The translations under genes were made by a program, and so were the position numbers. This document shows positions 36,196-61,469 of a stretch of DNA of 64,000 nt, piece by piece. The notes under the pieces were generated by a model. That model ran no database searches and was not told where the DNA came from. It worked only from the letters and a program-made list of their open reading frames with translations. Within the stretch, counting starts at the first letter, position 1, and each line of letters starts with the position of its first letter. Source of the stretch: Zootoca vivipara (lineage: Eukaryota); assembly GCF_963506605.1 (NCBI RefSeq), contig NC_083280.1, positions 16,926,001 through 16,990,000 of the forward strand. Direction: 5' to 3'.

Positions 36196-36789
36196 GGTAA
36201 CAGATTGGAATTGGTGTACATTTCATTAGCCCAAAATGTTCTTTTGAAATCCAGTTTCAGCTTTTTTCAGAAATCCTGACTGGAGGCTGCAGTCTCTTCT
36301 GAAGCATGAGTGTTAATTTCTGTAAAAAGCTAAGTGTAGAAATAGTGTACGCTAACTTGGCTTGGCAGTATGCTTGTACTTTGGCCAAATACACAGCTGC
36401 CAGCTTCTATTTGCTTTTCTATTTGGCTTGCATGCTCAGGGAATATACATTAGAAAATTGGTCAAGGTTAATTGCCTTGCTGTAGCTTCCCCTAAGCTTT
36501 TTGTCTGTAAACCAGTAAATTTACTGCAGTGTAGCTAGACAGATGTCATCTTCCTTCTTCAAAACTTAACCTCTCTTTGCTAGGGAAATGCTGAATTCTG
36601 CGTGAGTTTAGATAAAACCAGCCTTGCAGGCAGTACTTGTGGAGTTGGTTATCCTCATGTCTCATAAGAGCCTGCAAGTGGTCCATCCTGCTCTCAAAGT
36701 AGTTAAACAGATCCCTATGGGAAGCAAACAAGCAGAAGCAGAGCATAACAATCCCCACTTGTGATTCACAGCAACTGGCATGCTGCTTT

Positions 36790-37580
36790 GACAGTGGATG
36801 TCGAACACATAGCCATTGTAGATAGTAGCACTTGATAGGCTTAACCTACATGAATTTGTCTAATCCTCTTTTAAAGCCATCCAAGTTGGCGACCATCACT
36901 ACTACTTGTGGGTGAAACTACTCCAGAGTTTAACTGTAGTAGTAGTAGTAGTAATAATAATAATAATAATAATAATAATTTCTTATTTATACCCTGCTCA
37001 TCTGGCTATGTGCTATGTGTCTGTCCTGAATCTTCCAGTGTTCAGCTTCATTGGATTTCCCTGAGTTCTAGTGTTATGAGAGAGGATGAAAAACTTGGCT
37101 CTGACAACTTTATCACCATGCATAATTTTATGCACTGCTACCAAATCTCCGCTTACTCACTTTCCCCCTTAAACTGAAAGCCCCTTTCCTCATAGAGGTT
37201 GTTCCATCCCTTTGATCCTTTTGGTTGTCCCTTTCTGAGCCTTTTCCAGCTCTACAGTTGCCTTTTTACATGAGGCAGCCACAACTCTGCATATTACATC
37301 AAGTGTGATCACTCCATAGATTTGTAAATTGGCATTGTGATATTTGCAATTTTGTTTTCAATTCCTTTCCTAATGATCCCTATAATGGAATTTGTCTTTT
37401 TCACAGCTTCTGTACATTGGATTAACATATTCACTGGATTATCTACTGTGGCTCCAAGGACTTGTTGCTGGCCATTAAACCCCATGAGCGTATATGTGAA
37501 ATTATGATATTTTTGGCCCAATGTGCATCACTTTAAACTATCCCCCCCACCCCACCCCATTTTCCTACCCATTTACTCAT
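36790..37580 (-). mobile_element. Older CR1 3' fragment with an (AGT)n(AAT)n insertion
   Basis: QCTEAVKKTNSIIGIIRKGIENKIANITMPIYKSM on - strand. Confidence 0.8.
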
Positions 37581-37918
37581 GCTTGGGTGAGTGAATGTAC
37601 TTGTTCAATACCTTATTAGATGAACCTGACATTCTAGAGGCTGTGCAGCTAACATTAACCTCAAAATGAGTTTTTATACTTAAAGTTGAAGGAAATCAGA
37701 GAGGAGCTCTTGACTGAAGCAATGCATGGATAATGGAAGTTAGCTTTTGTATGAGACAGGATCATAAAGTGATTTGGTAGAAACTGGAGCAGTAATTTCC
37801 AACCTTTTCAGACTCTGCACTCTCCTGAAATCTAGGGAACTTTGAATCTTTCTTTTGCCCTTTCTCCCTTCATTCCCCCTTACTTTCCATCTCCTTTGCT
37901 CACACTTTCCACTGTACC

Positions 37919-38021
37919 ACTGGATAGCTCAGTTGATTAGAGTGTGGTGCTGATAACACCAAGGTTGCAGGTTCAATACCCATACAGGACAGCTGCATAT
38001 TCCTGCAATGCAGGGGGTTGG
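37919..38021 (+). mobile_element. tRNA-Ile-derived SINE (tail truncated)
   Basis: tagctcagttgattagagtgtggtgctGATaacaccaaggttgcaggttcaatacc. Confidence 0.8.
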
Positions 38022-38522
38022 GCTCGGTGTTAGAACTCATATATAAGCCAATGGCCAAATGGCACCTTAAACCTAGGTTATAGTTACTACAATGGAATGT
38101 TTAGTTGCCTTTCTTTTTGCTGTGGGAATTAACCAGTATTATTATTGTCATTTCTCATTTCTATATGGGTTTATATTTTAAACAAAAAAAGCAGTTTACA
38201 GCACATTAAAACATCAAATAAAACAATCCAGAATAAAACAAATTCAAGCTTAAAGGAAATTATTTCAGATTTTTCTTTAAGTGGCATTTTGCTTTCCCCA
38301 TATTTATTTACTTACTTAATTTATATAGCTGTCCCATAGAAGTACCAGTGTGGAAGCCAGTGTGGTATAGTGATTAGAATGTCAAACTAGGACTTGGGAG
38401 ATTAGGCTTCAAATCCCCACTCATCATAAAACTCACCTTGGTCCAGTCATAGCCTCTTAGCCTACCTCACAGGGACATTGTAGGTATTAAACGAGATGGG
38501 GAGGAAAACATATACTGTAGTC

Positions 38523-38658
38523 CAGGCATCCCCAAACTTCGTCCCTCCAGATGCTTTGGACTACAATCCCCATCATCTCTGACCACTGGTCCTGTTAGCT
38601 AAGGATCATGGGAGTTGTAGGCCAAAACATCTGGAGGGCCGCAGTTTGGGGATGTCTG
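38523..38658. mobile_element. Palindromic hAT-type MITE (same family) inserted into an older SINE (~38353..38703)
   Basis: Perfect 8-bp TSD ctgtagtc (38515..38522 and 38659..38666); TIR caggcatccccaaact/agtttggggatgtctg. Confidence 0.9.
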
Positions 38659-38880
38659 CTGTAGTCCATGGAGAAAAGGGTGGGATATAAATGCAATAAA
38701 TAAGCTCTTCTGCTTACCTGCTTAAAAAATCTGGAGGGGCCAACCAGTTGGGGATGCCAGTTGCCAACCCAGCATCCAGAGATCTCCGCAAGGTCATAAT
38801 TGGACCTGTGCCAGTAACAAAACATGTCTTGGGCCTGCAGGATTTTGAACAGTGGTTGGACTAGATGATCCTCAGAGTCC

Positions 38881-39530
38881 CACAAACTTGCCATGAGTCA
38901 ACAGTGTGATGTAGCAGCTTAAAAAGCCAATGAAATTCTGGGCTGCATCAATAGGAGTATAGCATCTAGATCAAGGGAAGTAATAATACCACTGTATTCT
39001 GCTCTGGTCAGACCTCACCTGGAATACTGTGTCCATTTCTGGGCACCACAGTTCAAGAAGGATACTGACAAGCTGGAACGTGTCCAGAGGAGGGCAACCA
39101 AAATGGTCAAAGGCCTGGAAACGATGCCTTATGAGGAACGGCTTAGGGAGCTGGACATGTTTAGGTGAAGGGGTGATATGATAGCCAGGTTCAAATATAT
39201 TAAAGGATGCCATATAGAGGAGGGAGAAAGGTTGTTTTCTGCTGCTCCAGAGAAGTGGACACGGAACAATGGATTCCAACTACAAGAAAGAAGATTCCAC
39301 CTAAACATTAGGAAGAACTTCCTGACAGTAAGAGCTGTTCAACAGTGGAATTTGCTGCCAAGGAGTGTGGTGGAGTCTCCTTCTTTGGAGGTCTTTAAGC
39401 AGAGGCTTGACAGCCATCTGTCAGGAATGCTTTGATGGTGTTTCCTGCTTGGCAGGGGGTTGGACTGGATGGCCCTTGTGGTCTCTTCCAACTCTATGAT
39501 TCCCTTCTACCTCTACAATTCTATGATTCT
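38881..39530 (+). mobile_element. CR1 LINE 3' fragment
   Basis: [39 protein letters not shown]-type coding sequence; ends ccaactctatgattc...attctatgattct (CR1 octamer tail). Confidence 0.92.
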
Positions 39531-40673
39531 TCCTTGCCTTTTCTCTATAGCAGTTTAGCACATAACCTAAAATAGAGATTGTGTTGCTTTGTGACTCACT
39601 TTGGGTTCAAGGCAACCCGCTTGCGTTGCCTGGGTCACTGGTTGAAGACCAATGGACTAGATTAATTTTACCTGTCATATTATTAAAATCCCATTTAATA
39701 GATATTTTGAAACATATATGTCCTCCACAAACTTCTCATGAGGAAGAAAAAAATATTTCAGGTGTGTCGCGAGTTGGCATACTTAATTGTTAAGATCAAA
39801 TTTTTAGGCATACACTTGGTTAATGCTTTTCCAGCATAGTTTTTCATGTCTTCCGTGAAATAAGAGTAATTCCTTACCAATACTTGAAATTCAGGTCCAC
39901 TGTTCTCTGGGCTGGGCTGGGCTGGGCAGGGTGGAGGATCTCAAACCAGATTCTGTTTCATGAACCATTATTTTCCATTGAGCTAACAGTTGCTGGCACA
40001 CCCTTATGAAAACAGAGCTTGAGACTTTTGTTTGTTTTAAGCAACCTAAGCATAGAGGTTTGTGTAGCTTTTTGTACATTTTAAACTTATTACAGCATAG
40101 TCATACCTATATAGTAAATCTATCAAATAGACTATCAGATGACATTATGCTGGCATATATACAATTTACATGTTACTTGCTATTTTGGGACTCTTCGATC
40201 ACTTTCCAAGCAAGTCACTGTTGGATGTATGACTAACTTTACTAGCGCTGATGAACACTTACTGTATAAATTATAAAAATAGTATTGACCTTTAGCATTT
40301 TAAAGACATCATTTCTCATTTCCATTGCTCTTTTCAAGAAAGTGGCTGAAATGAGAACTTGTGATAAATCCTCAAGAACTTCATTAATTGCATACAGATC
40401 ATCAGCTAACCTGCAGCACATTTGAACTATGATTAGAAGGGAACTGATCTTATTGGGGCAGTACTGAATCTACTGCATTACATTTTTGGTAGTACTTCTT
40501 GTCTGAAAAGTGATACTGATCATAATGAAGCCTTTCTCTCTCTCTCTTCCTTCCAGGGTAGTTTTTTTAAAGTGCTCTAAGCATTCTGATACAACTAGAA
40601 GAAAGAAGAAACGCTTCATTGAATGAGAAGTCCATTGCTTTGATAGCCTTTTTCTTCAAGAGTGGGTCTTTGA

Positions 40674-53536
<12,863 letters not shown>

Positions 53537-53975
53537 AAAAAAACAAACTGTATATGTTGAGAGCTGTACTTTTCAATGGTGGATAGGATACCTTTATATG
53601 TAAACTTTAAAGTTTTGACTGTATAAATTATCAGTCCTAGTTGAAGGGACCTATTGCAGGATTTTGAATGGGATTTATTGCCATCTTACACCATATTTTT
53701 GTAAAAACATTGTAGCTTAATCATAATCTCACAATGAAGATTTTGCATCACTTTTTTGCTATTATCATTCTTTTCAGAATTATAAGCCAAAAGAATTTAC
53801 GCCTTAATGTGTCATTATGTAACATTCCTTATAAGAATTGTAAATATTTGGTGTTCTGTTTCTGACATTTTAACTTGAAAGCAAAAAAAACAAACAAAAA
53901 ACAAAAAAACTGCAAGATGATGTATTTAACGATATTGGTGGCAAATATTCAATAAATAGTTTACATCTGTTAGAT
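53537..53975 (+). terminator. PDCD10: PDCD10 3'UTR with AATAAA poly(A) signal (53951..53956)
   Basis: AU-rich, TE-free ~430 nt after the stop codon; AATAAA followed by tagtttacatctgt and T-rich sequence; cleavage site inferred near 53970. Confidence 0.75.
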
Positions 53976-55284
53976 TATCTGTATAATCTGTTTCCATTAT
54001 ATATTATCTTTTAGGATTGGAAATCCACTTCCACAAAGGTTTAAAATATTATCCCAAAGATGATAGCAGGGGAAGGGGAAACTACTTTTCTTATGTCCTC
54101 TTCAGGCATTCCATTAGTCACTAAAACATTGTGAAAGGTACTTCTCTTGAGTGTGACTGATGCTTGTGTCTTCTGCTGTGTGTGCCTGCTCAAAATGCTC
54201 ACAGCCAAACTTAACCCCCTGCTTGTCAGCTCTTAGTAGCTAATTACCTTTTGAGTCCTTTCTGTAAAGGGCATTTCTTGGTTTCTCTGAAATGCTGTTG
54301 TTGGAAAGTTAACAGCTTTTAAACCTCCTAGCTTCCAGATGTTCTGTATTTCTGGTAGCAACTGAGAAACTATAGAGTGGTGGGGTGTGCAGCTGCTTGT
54401 CTCCCTCAAAGCCCTGTTTGCACACAAGTTTTATACATAGTACTTGGAGTTTGCAGCTGGTTTGCATGTTTCAAAGCTCTGCTCCATTTGTTATGCGCAC
54501 AGCTCTTTCACGCCGGAGCTCATGGGGAAAGCCCTTGCCTCTTTTGGACCGCACAAAGATTTCTCAAGGCAGTTGACGGAAAAGAATATGAAACATTTAG
54601 TAAAATACATACAAGGCCACAACATATGCAGAACTGCAGAATATCAAAAGGATGTTGTGGATAATTAAAATGGATCTTCATTCAGCCCAAGTGGCTGTCA
54701 GGTCTTGGTTGAACAAGAGAGTTAAAATTCCACAATACAATTCACTATGATGGTTGCTCTTGCCAGTTGCTAGTTTAAAAGGTCCATAAAGTACTAGCAA
54801 TTTGGACCTTGGTGTCTGCCCTTGGTTTTTGCTAAAGAATTGACGTTTGTGCCTTTACGACATTTTCAGTAGGCATGTGGGGGTGGGGGGCAGGCTTGAT
54901 GACCTGTTGTCAGGTTTGAGGTGTGAAGCAGCTGATTGATCTGCCACAACATGAGAAAAGATGATGGACTTGCCATCACATTTCTTTCTTTTTGCTGGTA
55001 AGAGATCAGGTAACAAACCAGTGTGTGCATGGAACCCTCCCCACATTCAAATGTTAGATCAGGGCCCAGCAGGAGTTTTCCTTGTGCCTGCTCATTCCTT
55101 TGTTCTCTTGTATCTTTGCTTTTGATTGAAGTTTGATCTCCCGATTTGGAAGTAACATTTTCTTGTATTTTGAATAGCAGCTGCAGTTCTATTGGAGTAC
55201 TAGAAAGCAGCTCCTGTCCAGGTTTGTCCCCCCCCCCTGCTTTCTGAGATGGAGGTGTTAGTCCTTAGATTGTAGGGTGGGGAC

Positions 55285-55708
55285 TAGGAGTAGAGAGAAA
55301 AAAATCAGTCCAGTATTCACTTAAAGCTGAATCTTACCAGTTTTCCAAAACTACATAAATTGATACACAGCTATCCTTCAAAACCTGCACTTATCTGAAT
55401 TTTGTGACGTAGTTCTCTAGCCAGTATACAAAAATGCATATATTGGGGGGGAAGTGTGCATAAAAGTGAAGATATTGGTGAAAATTAACATGCAAAAATA
55501 TATTGCATCAAGGAAAACTGCAAAAAATGTGTACACGAGTCAAAGCTGCATATAAAAAGTTACCTGGAGAAGTTTGCACTAAAATGCTGATGAACCGTGA
55601 TATATATATTTTAAATCACAAAATGCTGAAAAATGGGGAGAACTGAGTTTAAGCCTGGAAAAAATGAGAAACGGAGAGCCAAAATTTGCCGGATCCTTCT
55701 ATCCCTAG
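55285..55708. mobile_element. Old non-autonomous DNA transposon (hAT-like, TAGG...CCCTA ends)
   Basis: A-rich interior with repeated aaaatgca/tgcataaaa units; ends ...ctatcccta. Confidence 0.45.
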
Positions 55709-56529
55709 GATAGGTGTGCAGACTTCCCTCCCAGAAGGTCCAAAATTCAATCCCAGTGCCCACCAGTAAAAAAGGTTCAGGTAGTAGATGATGTGAAGGA
55801 CCTCTGCCTTGAGAACCTGGAAATCTGCTGCTGCCAACACTATTAAGAAAACACCAATAAAGTGAAACACTATTTGGCTAGAAGAGGAAATGGTAGCTCC
55901 CTATGTACGGAACAGCAGCAAACTTCAGTAAAAGAAATTTTAAAAAAGAAATTGATTGTATGGGTTTTGGTTTCATGGGGATATAGCCCAGTAGCAGCCT
56001 CTCTATGTAAAGCTTTGACTTGCATTTTTGTTTTGTGAACATCTACAAAGCCTTGGATTACTCTCAACAGCAGGACAGAAATTGATCACAGCTCTAGAGG
56101 CAGCAGAAAAGGGATTAGCCTTTGAAGGTAGTTTTTAGGCCTGGTGACAGCGATGAAAGGGGCCTGTGATTTTAGTATAATTTGGAGTATCTGATGCATT
56201 GTGTAGGATAAGATCAAAGCATCCCCTGTTTAACGGGGACATAGCCATCAGAAAGAGCTGCATTGTCAATCCTTTCTCAATGCCCAGTGTTAAGCTTGGC
56301 TATGTTTGCTGCACAGCAGAATAATCTTGCAGCACCTAGAAGTGGAACAGTGGAGTGCCAACTGACTAGCAGATAGAGGCAAGTCTACCAAAATGTTTTC
56401 TTTAAAAAAATCCCATTCTTTCACCCATCAGCCCAGATGTCTTCAGTCTGCTGCTGAATCCCATGTTCAGTCAGGTGCTGGGACTGATAAAATTCAGTGG
56501 TCATCAAGCTTGTGACAATGACATCATTG

Positions 56530-56730
56530 TCCTGCCCTGTGGAACGCCCTCCCATCAGATGTCAATGAAATGAACAACTATTTGACTTTTAGAAGACATC
56601 TGAAGGCAGCCCTATTTAGGGAAGTTTTTAATGTTTGATGTTTTATTGTGTTTTTAATATTCTGTTGGGAGCCACCCAGAGTGGCTGGGGGAACCCAGTC
56701 AGATGGGCGGCATACAAATAATAACATAAT
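56530..56730 (+). mobile_element. L2 3' end
   Basis: gccctgtggaacgccctccca...tttagaagacatctgaaggca, shared with 8773..8847; tail ccagtcagatgggcgg...aataata. Confidence 0.8.
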
Positions 56731-57883
56731 TGTTACTTTTTTATTAAGGCTTGCAAACAGATGGAAGGCATTTTACAGTAGTTGGGGCTGGCCATGTGAA
56801 ATCCTAATCAGTCTTCAGCCATGCCAGTTAGGGGCAGTGGAGGACTAGATGCAATCCCCTAGTCCCCTAGCGTCTGCCCCCCCTCTCTCTCACACACCCT
56901 ATATTTCAGCAAGAGCAAAGAAACTACCACTGGTAGAGACCCTCTCTTGCCTAGCCCCTCCAGTTTTCATCCTTGATCATTGGTAGATGGACTTACGAAG
57001 CTCAGAAATGGGTTAAAGACCAAGGGATGTGGCTCTCTGGAGGTTGCAAGGCTCTAGCTCCCATCAGCCCCACCCAACATGGCTAGTGGTCAGAGATGAT
57101 GGGAGTTCTGGTACAGCAACCTCTGAAGAGGGCATCTAATGGTTCGTGTGAGTTTCCTAATAGATGTATATGAATTAGCCCCAGAGAAGCCAAACTGTTG
57201 CTCAGAAGGCTCATCATTCACATGTGAGATTTTTTTCTGGTGGTTGGGTGGAGGGAGACTGCACACGGCGGCTACAGTTTACTATGGTAGTAATCTCCAC
57301 CTCTCCTGCCGTTCCAGCTCCTTTTCTTTTGTGAGTAAAGCAAAAGCAGAGACCAAATACAACAAAGGAGCTCCTGGGCTGTCTTCTGCTCTGCGAACGG
57401 ACTACAGGTGGTCTAAAATATGGATGGAAAACCTACAGACCTCCCAATGATGCTGGACTCCAACCATCCTTGTATTGTTTAATGTTCGATGGGTGGGGTA
57501 CAAATAATAAATTATTGTTATTATCCCTATTGACCCTGTTGGCTGCGAGTAATGATAGCTGGAGGGCTATAGGTTCTTCACCTCTGGTCTAAAATTAGTA
57601 ATCATTGTGTTACAGCCAGGATCCCACTCAGTGCTCTGTAGTAGTGCTCTATAACAGCCATGCCAATCAGCAGCTCATGAGGGTTACACAAGCACTATGC
57701 GTGTCTGTGTGCATGCACCTGTTCAGAATTCAAGGCCCTTTGCTCTTCTGAACGGCTTCCAAGTCTTTAAATCAAATAGGTGGGCTTCCTTTCCCGGCTT
57801 GCTGCAACAGATCCTTCCTAGCTAAGCAATTTCAGCCACTAATTGGGAGGGGTGGAAAGGGCAGTTAGCTAGTGTTGTGCAAG

Positions 57884-57896
57884 GTTGCTAAGGAAC
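57884..57896. promoter_or_regulatory. RFX X-box-like motif (GTTGCTAAGGAAC) in the putative WDR49 promoter
   Basis: Matches the GTTNC.ATGGNAAC-type X-box of ciliary genes; followed by a candidate non-coding exon ending AAG|gtaagc at 58059/58060. Confidence 0.55.
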
Positions 57897-58460
57897 GCTA
57901 GCAAACTCAAGAAAAGGAAACTCAGCTACTCGAAGCAGTCCTGCGAAATGCCTATAGCCTCCACTCTGCACTCAAGAGAAAGTGCTGGAGCTAATCAAGT
58001 GTGGTTGGGAAAGATAATGGGATTTTAATCTAAATAAATAGCACATTAATAGCAACAAGGTAAGCAAAATGGATTTTCTCCAGGTGAACAGCTTCTGTTA
58101 CATTTCCAGGAAGAAACTGTAAAAGGTTAGAAATTTGCTGGGATGGATTCTATTTACCATCAGAGAAAGCCACTTACGTTTCCCCGGCTCGCATACGGCA
58201 TTCCAGAGCTCACATGCAACCTGTGAGAAATAAAAACCGAGATCATTGTGATCGAAGTCCGTGTTTTGTCCTTTTGGTTCTTGTCCATCCAAACTCTTTT
58301 TGACATTCCAGAGACGGCTGGCTCACTACAAATTATTCTGGAGGAAATTAAATTCTGAAAGGACCTAAAAGCCAAGCAAAGAACCACCTTTGGAGATGTA
58401 TTGATTGAGATAAAAGCAAATTAGGCACGAGCACCACATTTCCTGGGTCAAAAAAAAGCC

Positions 58461-58583
58461 ATGGCTGCTACTGGGAAGCAGCTGCTTAGCATGGCTGAAG
58501 ATTCTGTGAGAGAGAAAAGTACAGAACGACTTGAAAACAGGCTGACTATTCATGATTTTATGAGGATGCAGGAGTTTTTTAAG
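58461..58583 (+). CDS. WDR49: Probable first coding exon of WD repeat domain 49 (gene continues beyond the window)
   Basis: gccATGG Kozak context; MAATGKQLLSMAEDSVREKSTERLENRLTIHDFMRMQEFFK|gtaagt. LENRLTIHDFMRMQEFF resembles the LENQLSVGDFVKIQKAF segment I recall from the human WDR49 N-terminus. WDR49 lies downstream of PDCD10 in the same orientation in mammals. Confidence 0.7.
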
Positions 58584-58964
58584 GTAAGTTCTCAAGTGAC
58601 CTGAGGAGCTTTAGGGTTGCTTAGGGAAGATCACCTTTCCTATTATCATTGAGGTAGAAAACAAAGGGGTGGAAAGAGAGATCAGAGCAATGAGAGCCCA
58701 TTGGGTTGGGCAACATGTTTCCTCCCAAGGGACACATCCCTTTGTGGACAAACGTCTGGGGACTACATGGGGCAGGGATGGAGGCCAAGTGGGCAGAGTA
58801 ATGCACAGGAGGCTGGCTTCTATATACTCTCATACATACTCCTCTCTATTCTCCATCCAGATGAGTCAGAAGTATTAGCAAAAATTCAAGGACACATTCC
58901 CACCATGCAAAAGAGAGTGCAATGAAGGGCTGGGGAGAGGGGCATGACTGAAGAGGGTATAGCC

Positions 58965-59071
58965 TAGGCATAGGCAAACTTGGCACTCCAGATGTTTTGG
59001 GACTACAACTCCCATCATCCCTGACCACTGGTCCTGTTAGCTAGGGATGATGGGCGTTGTTTGCCTAGCCT
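58965..59071. mobile_element. Internally deleted copy of the palindromic hAT MITE
   Basis: aggcataggcaaac...ggactacaactcccatcatccctgaccactggtcctgttagctagggatgatggg...gtttgcctagcct. Confidence 0.75.
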
Positions 59072-60469
59072 TTAGGGGAGTCCTTCAGACCAGATAGAGA
59101 GGCCTGGAGGGCTGTGTTAAGCCCCAAGGCTTGTGGGTCCACACTTCTGACCTGGAGCAGTCACAACAAACTTGCACATTTTTGCATTATTTGCTGCACA
59201 TGGAGAATGCCATGATTCGATTGGGAGGTGCCCTGTACTTGCATCACCCTTCAAGTGGTGGTTCTGGAGAGGCAAGCGGGACCTAGGGAGACTGATCCAC
59301 CCAATGCCAAGAAGGGCAGACCTATTGTGCTAATAGTTGCAAAAACCAGAAATATGCCTAGCATAAATCCCAACACATGTTGATCATAGGTTTGTTTCAA
59401 AAGCAAGACTTACTTTGAGCCAGGGCTTGCCACACTGTAGACCCTGAACCTATTTTTAGTGGCAACGCTCAGCTCTAGAAATGGGCTTATAATACTGATA
59501 AACCGCCTTGAACATAGGCAGAGTGCTATCTCTCCAGCACTTGGTGATGTCCGACAGCTTCCATCTGGGATTAAAGGGGGGGGAACCACCCTCCCAGTGC
59601 CCACTCCTCAGGGTCCAGCCTGTCCCTGAGGGTTGGCATGTTTTAGTTCAAGAGGCCTGTTCCTTTTCAAAAGTGTAATTAGAGAGGAGTCTGGAAAGGA
59701 AATGGCAGTGTTATATTTTGTAATCTGTAAACACACACATGTGAAGCCCAGTGACAGCGTGTATGAAAATAAATGGTTGCTTTCGATTGTACCTCACACA
59801 CACACAAAAGGGGGGGGATGGCATAGATCTATTTTCAAAGGTTGCAAAAGCCAGAGGAGCAGAACAGCTTGGAACAAAAGCAGAAACAACCCCCAAACCT
59901 GAAGTGTGGCCCTGAGCTAACGCTGTAGCCCTGTGTGGGATGGCAGGTTAACAAACAGAGTGAGAGCATCAGTCTCAGAGTGGAGCTGGTCCAGCTGCTC
60001 TGAATTGTTAGACCCAGAAGGCCCACAGGTGCCATTTGCTCTCAAACTATACTCAGAGGAAGCTTTTACAGCCCGTGGAATTAAAAGGCAGTGGTGCTGT
60101 TGTTCTGCCATCACTCAGTAATGGGTCTCTGAGCAGTTCAAGTGCAAGTGATGGGGTTATGCTTTTTCGCTGGCTTTGCCTCGTCTGATTCTGGCAACCG
60201 GCTAAAAGGAAAAAATGTTGGCTCAGCCTGTAAAGCAGAAGAGGGAGGGGTGGGCTCCACACCTTTTTTTCTGCATAGGGCTGCATTTACTTGGAGGTTG
60301 CATGCTGGTGGGGCACCCCATTCTCTCCCTCTCTCTCTGCATGACTCCATTTTCTCACTTTCTTTTATCCTTTACTACCTGTTTTCTCCTCCTTTCCACC
60401 TATATGAAATTAAGGTTGCATTCACGTGGCCCTTTACTCCACTTCCCTGATTGTTTCCCTAACCGTTAA

Positions 60470-60926
60470 TGTCAGAGGGTTGTCGTGGCTACTCTAGAGT
60501 AACTCCGCTTGAGTCCAGTTTGTCTTTAAAGACTTTTATTGTGCAAAGTATTTACAGTGCAGAGATGGCTTAAAACATGACCTCTCATTCCGAATCAGAA
60601 TCCGGCAATGGTGTACGTTTGTTTCTACGCCAGCAAAGTAGTCGGGGCACCCCGAAACGCCTCCCCCTTGACCTGCATCGTGGTGCTCTCCTTAAGTCTT
60701 GCGCCGGAAGGAGTGGTGCCCTCTCAGCCTCCTCCCTGTCAAGGCGGTGGAATGGCTCTCCAGCATCCTTGAGCCCTTGCTTACATCTCTTCTCCCCTGA
60801 GCCTTCCCATCATTCCGCACACTGGCTTCCCTCTTCATCCAAGTCTTTCCCCTGGCTGCTTCAGACCCACTGCTGCTCCCTGTGCTTGGCGAGGCGGACG
60901 TCAGGATGATGGAGTCCACCCTTACA
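60470..60926 (-). mobile_element. Solo LTR (457 bp)
   Basis: TGT...ACA termini; perfect 5-bp TSD gttaa (60465..60469 and 60927..60931); imperfect terminal inverted repeat tgtcagagggt/acccttaca; AATAAA on - strand at 60535..60540. Confidence 0.85.
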
Positions 60927-61134
60927 GTTAATTTCCTCACTATATCTGAGTTTTCATACAATGTAAAAGCCACTTCTAGGGAAATGATGGAACGTAGCAC
61001 ATGTTTAGCACTCGTTTCCATGTTATTTGATTCCGGCAGTCCCCTTAACTTGGAAAACTGTGTGAGTAAAGTGACAAAACTTGGGGCGCAATACCGGCAT
61101 GCAGTTCCTTCCTGCTGTATTAATGGGGGAACGA

Positions 61135-61135
<1 letters not shown>

Positions 61136-61180
<45 letters not shown>

Positions 61181-61280
61181 TATTACTTACCCCCCAGCCA
61201 CTCTGGGTGGCTTCCAAAAGAATATAAAAAACATAGTGAATCATAAGATGTTAAAAACTTCCCAGTACAGGGCTGCCTTC
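61136..61280 (-). mobile_element. L2 3' tail with (AAT)n microsatellite
   Basis: (aat) run 61136..61181 followed by cagccactctgggtggcttcc...aaaaacttccc...agggctgccttc, the reverse of 56600..56690. Confidence 0.75.
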
Positions 61281-61469
61281 GCAGAAGCACACAGAAGGGG
61301 TACAGTAGTAGTGCCATTGTCCTGTGACATTGGTTGCTGAATGAAATTTAGCACGTCAATATATTGGTCCAAAAGCCACAGTCCCATAATACAAGGTTCT
61401 GCAGTGTGAAAGAAATGTTAGAAAGCATTGTTATAATGTTATAATCAGAAAAACCAACACAGAAAAACC

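Noticed and set aside
37919-37992. Bona fide tRNA-Ile gene
   Set aside because: Stem mismatches, degenerate B box, no oligo-T terminator, and it continues into a CR1-type tail; this is a SINE head.
57969-58020. QEKVLELIK as a coding match to the human WDR49 N-terminus
   Set aside because: The frame has stops on both sides and no ATG; probably coincidental.
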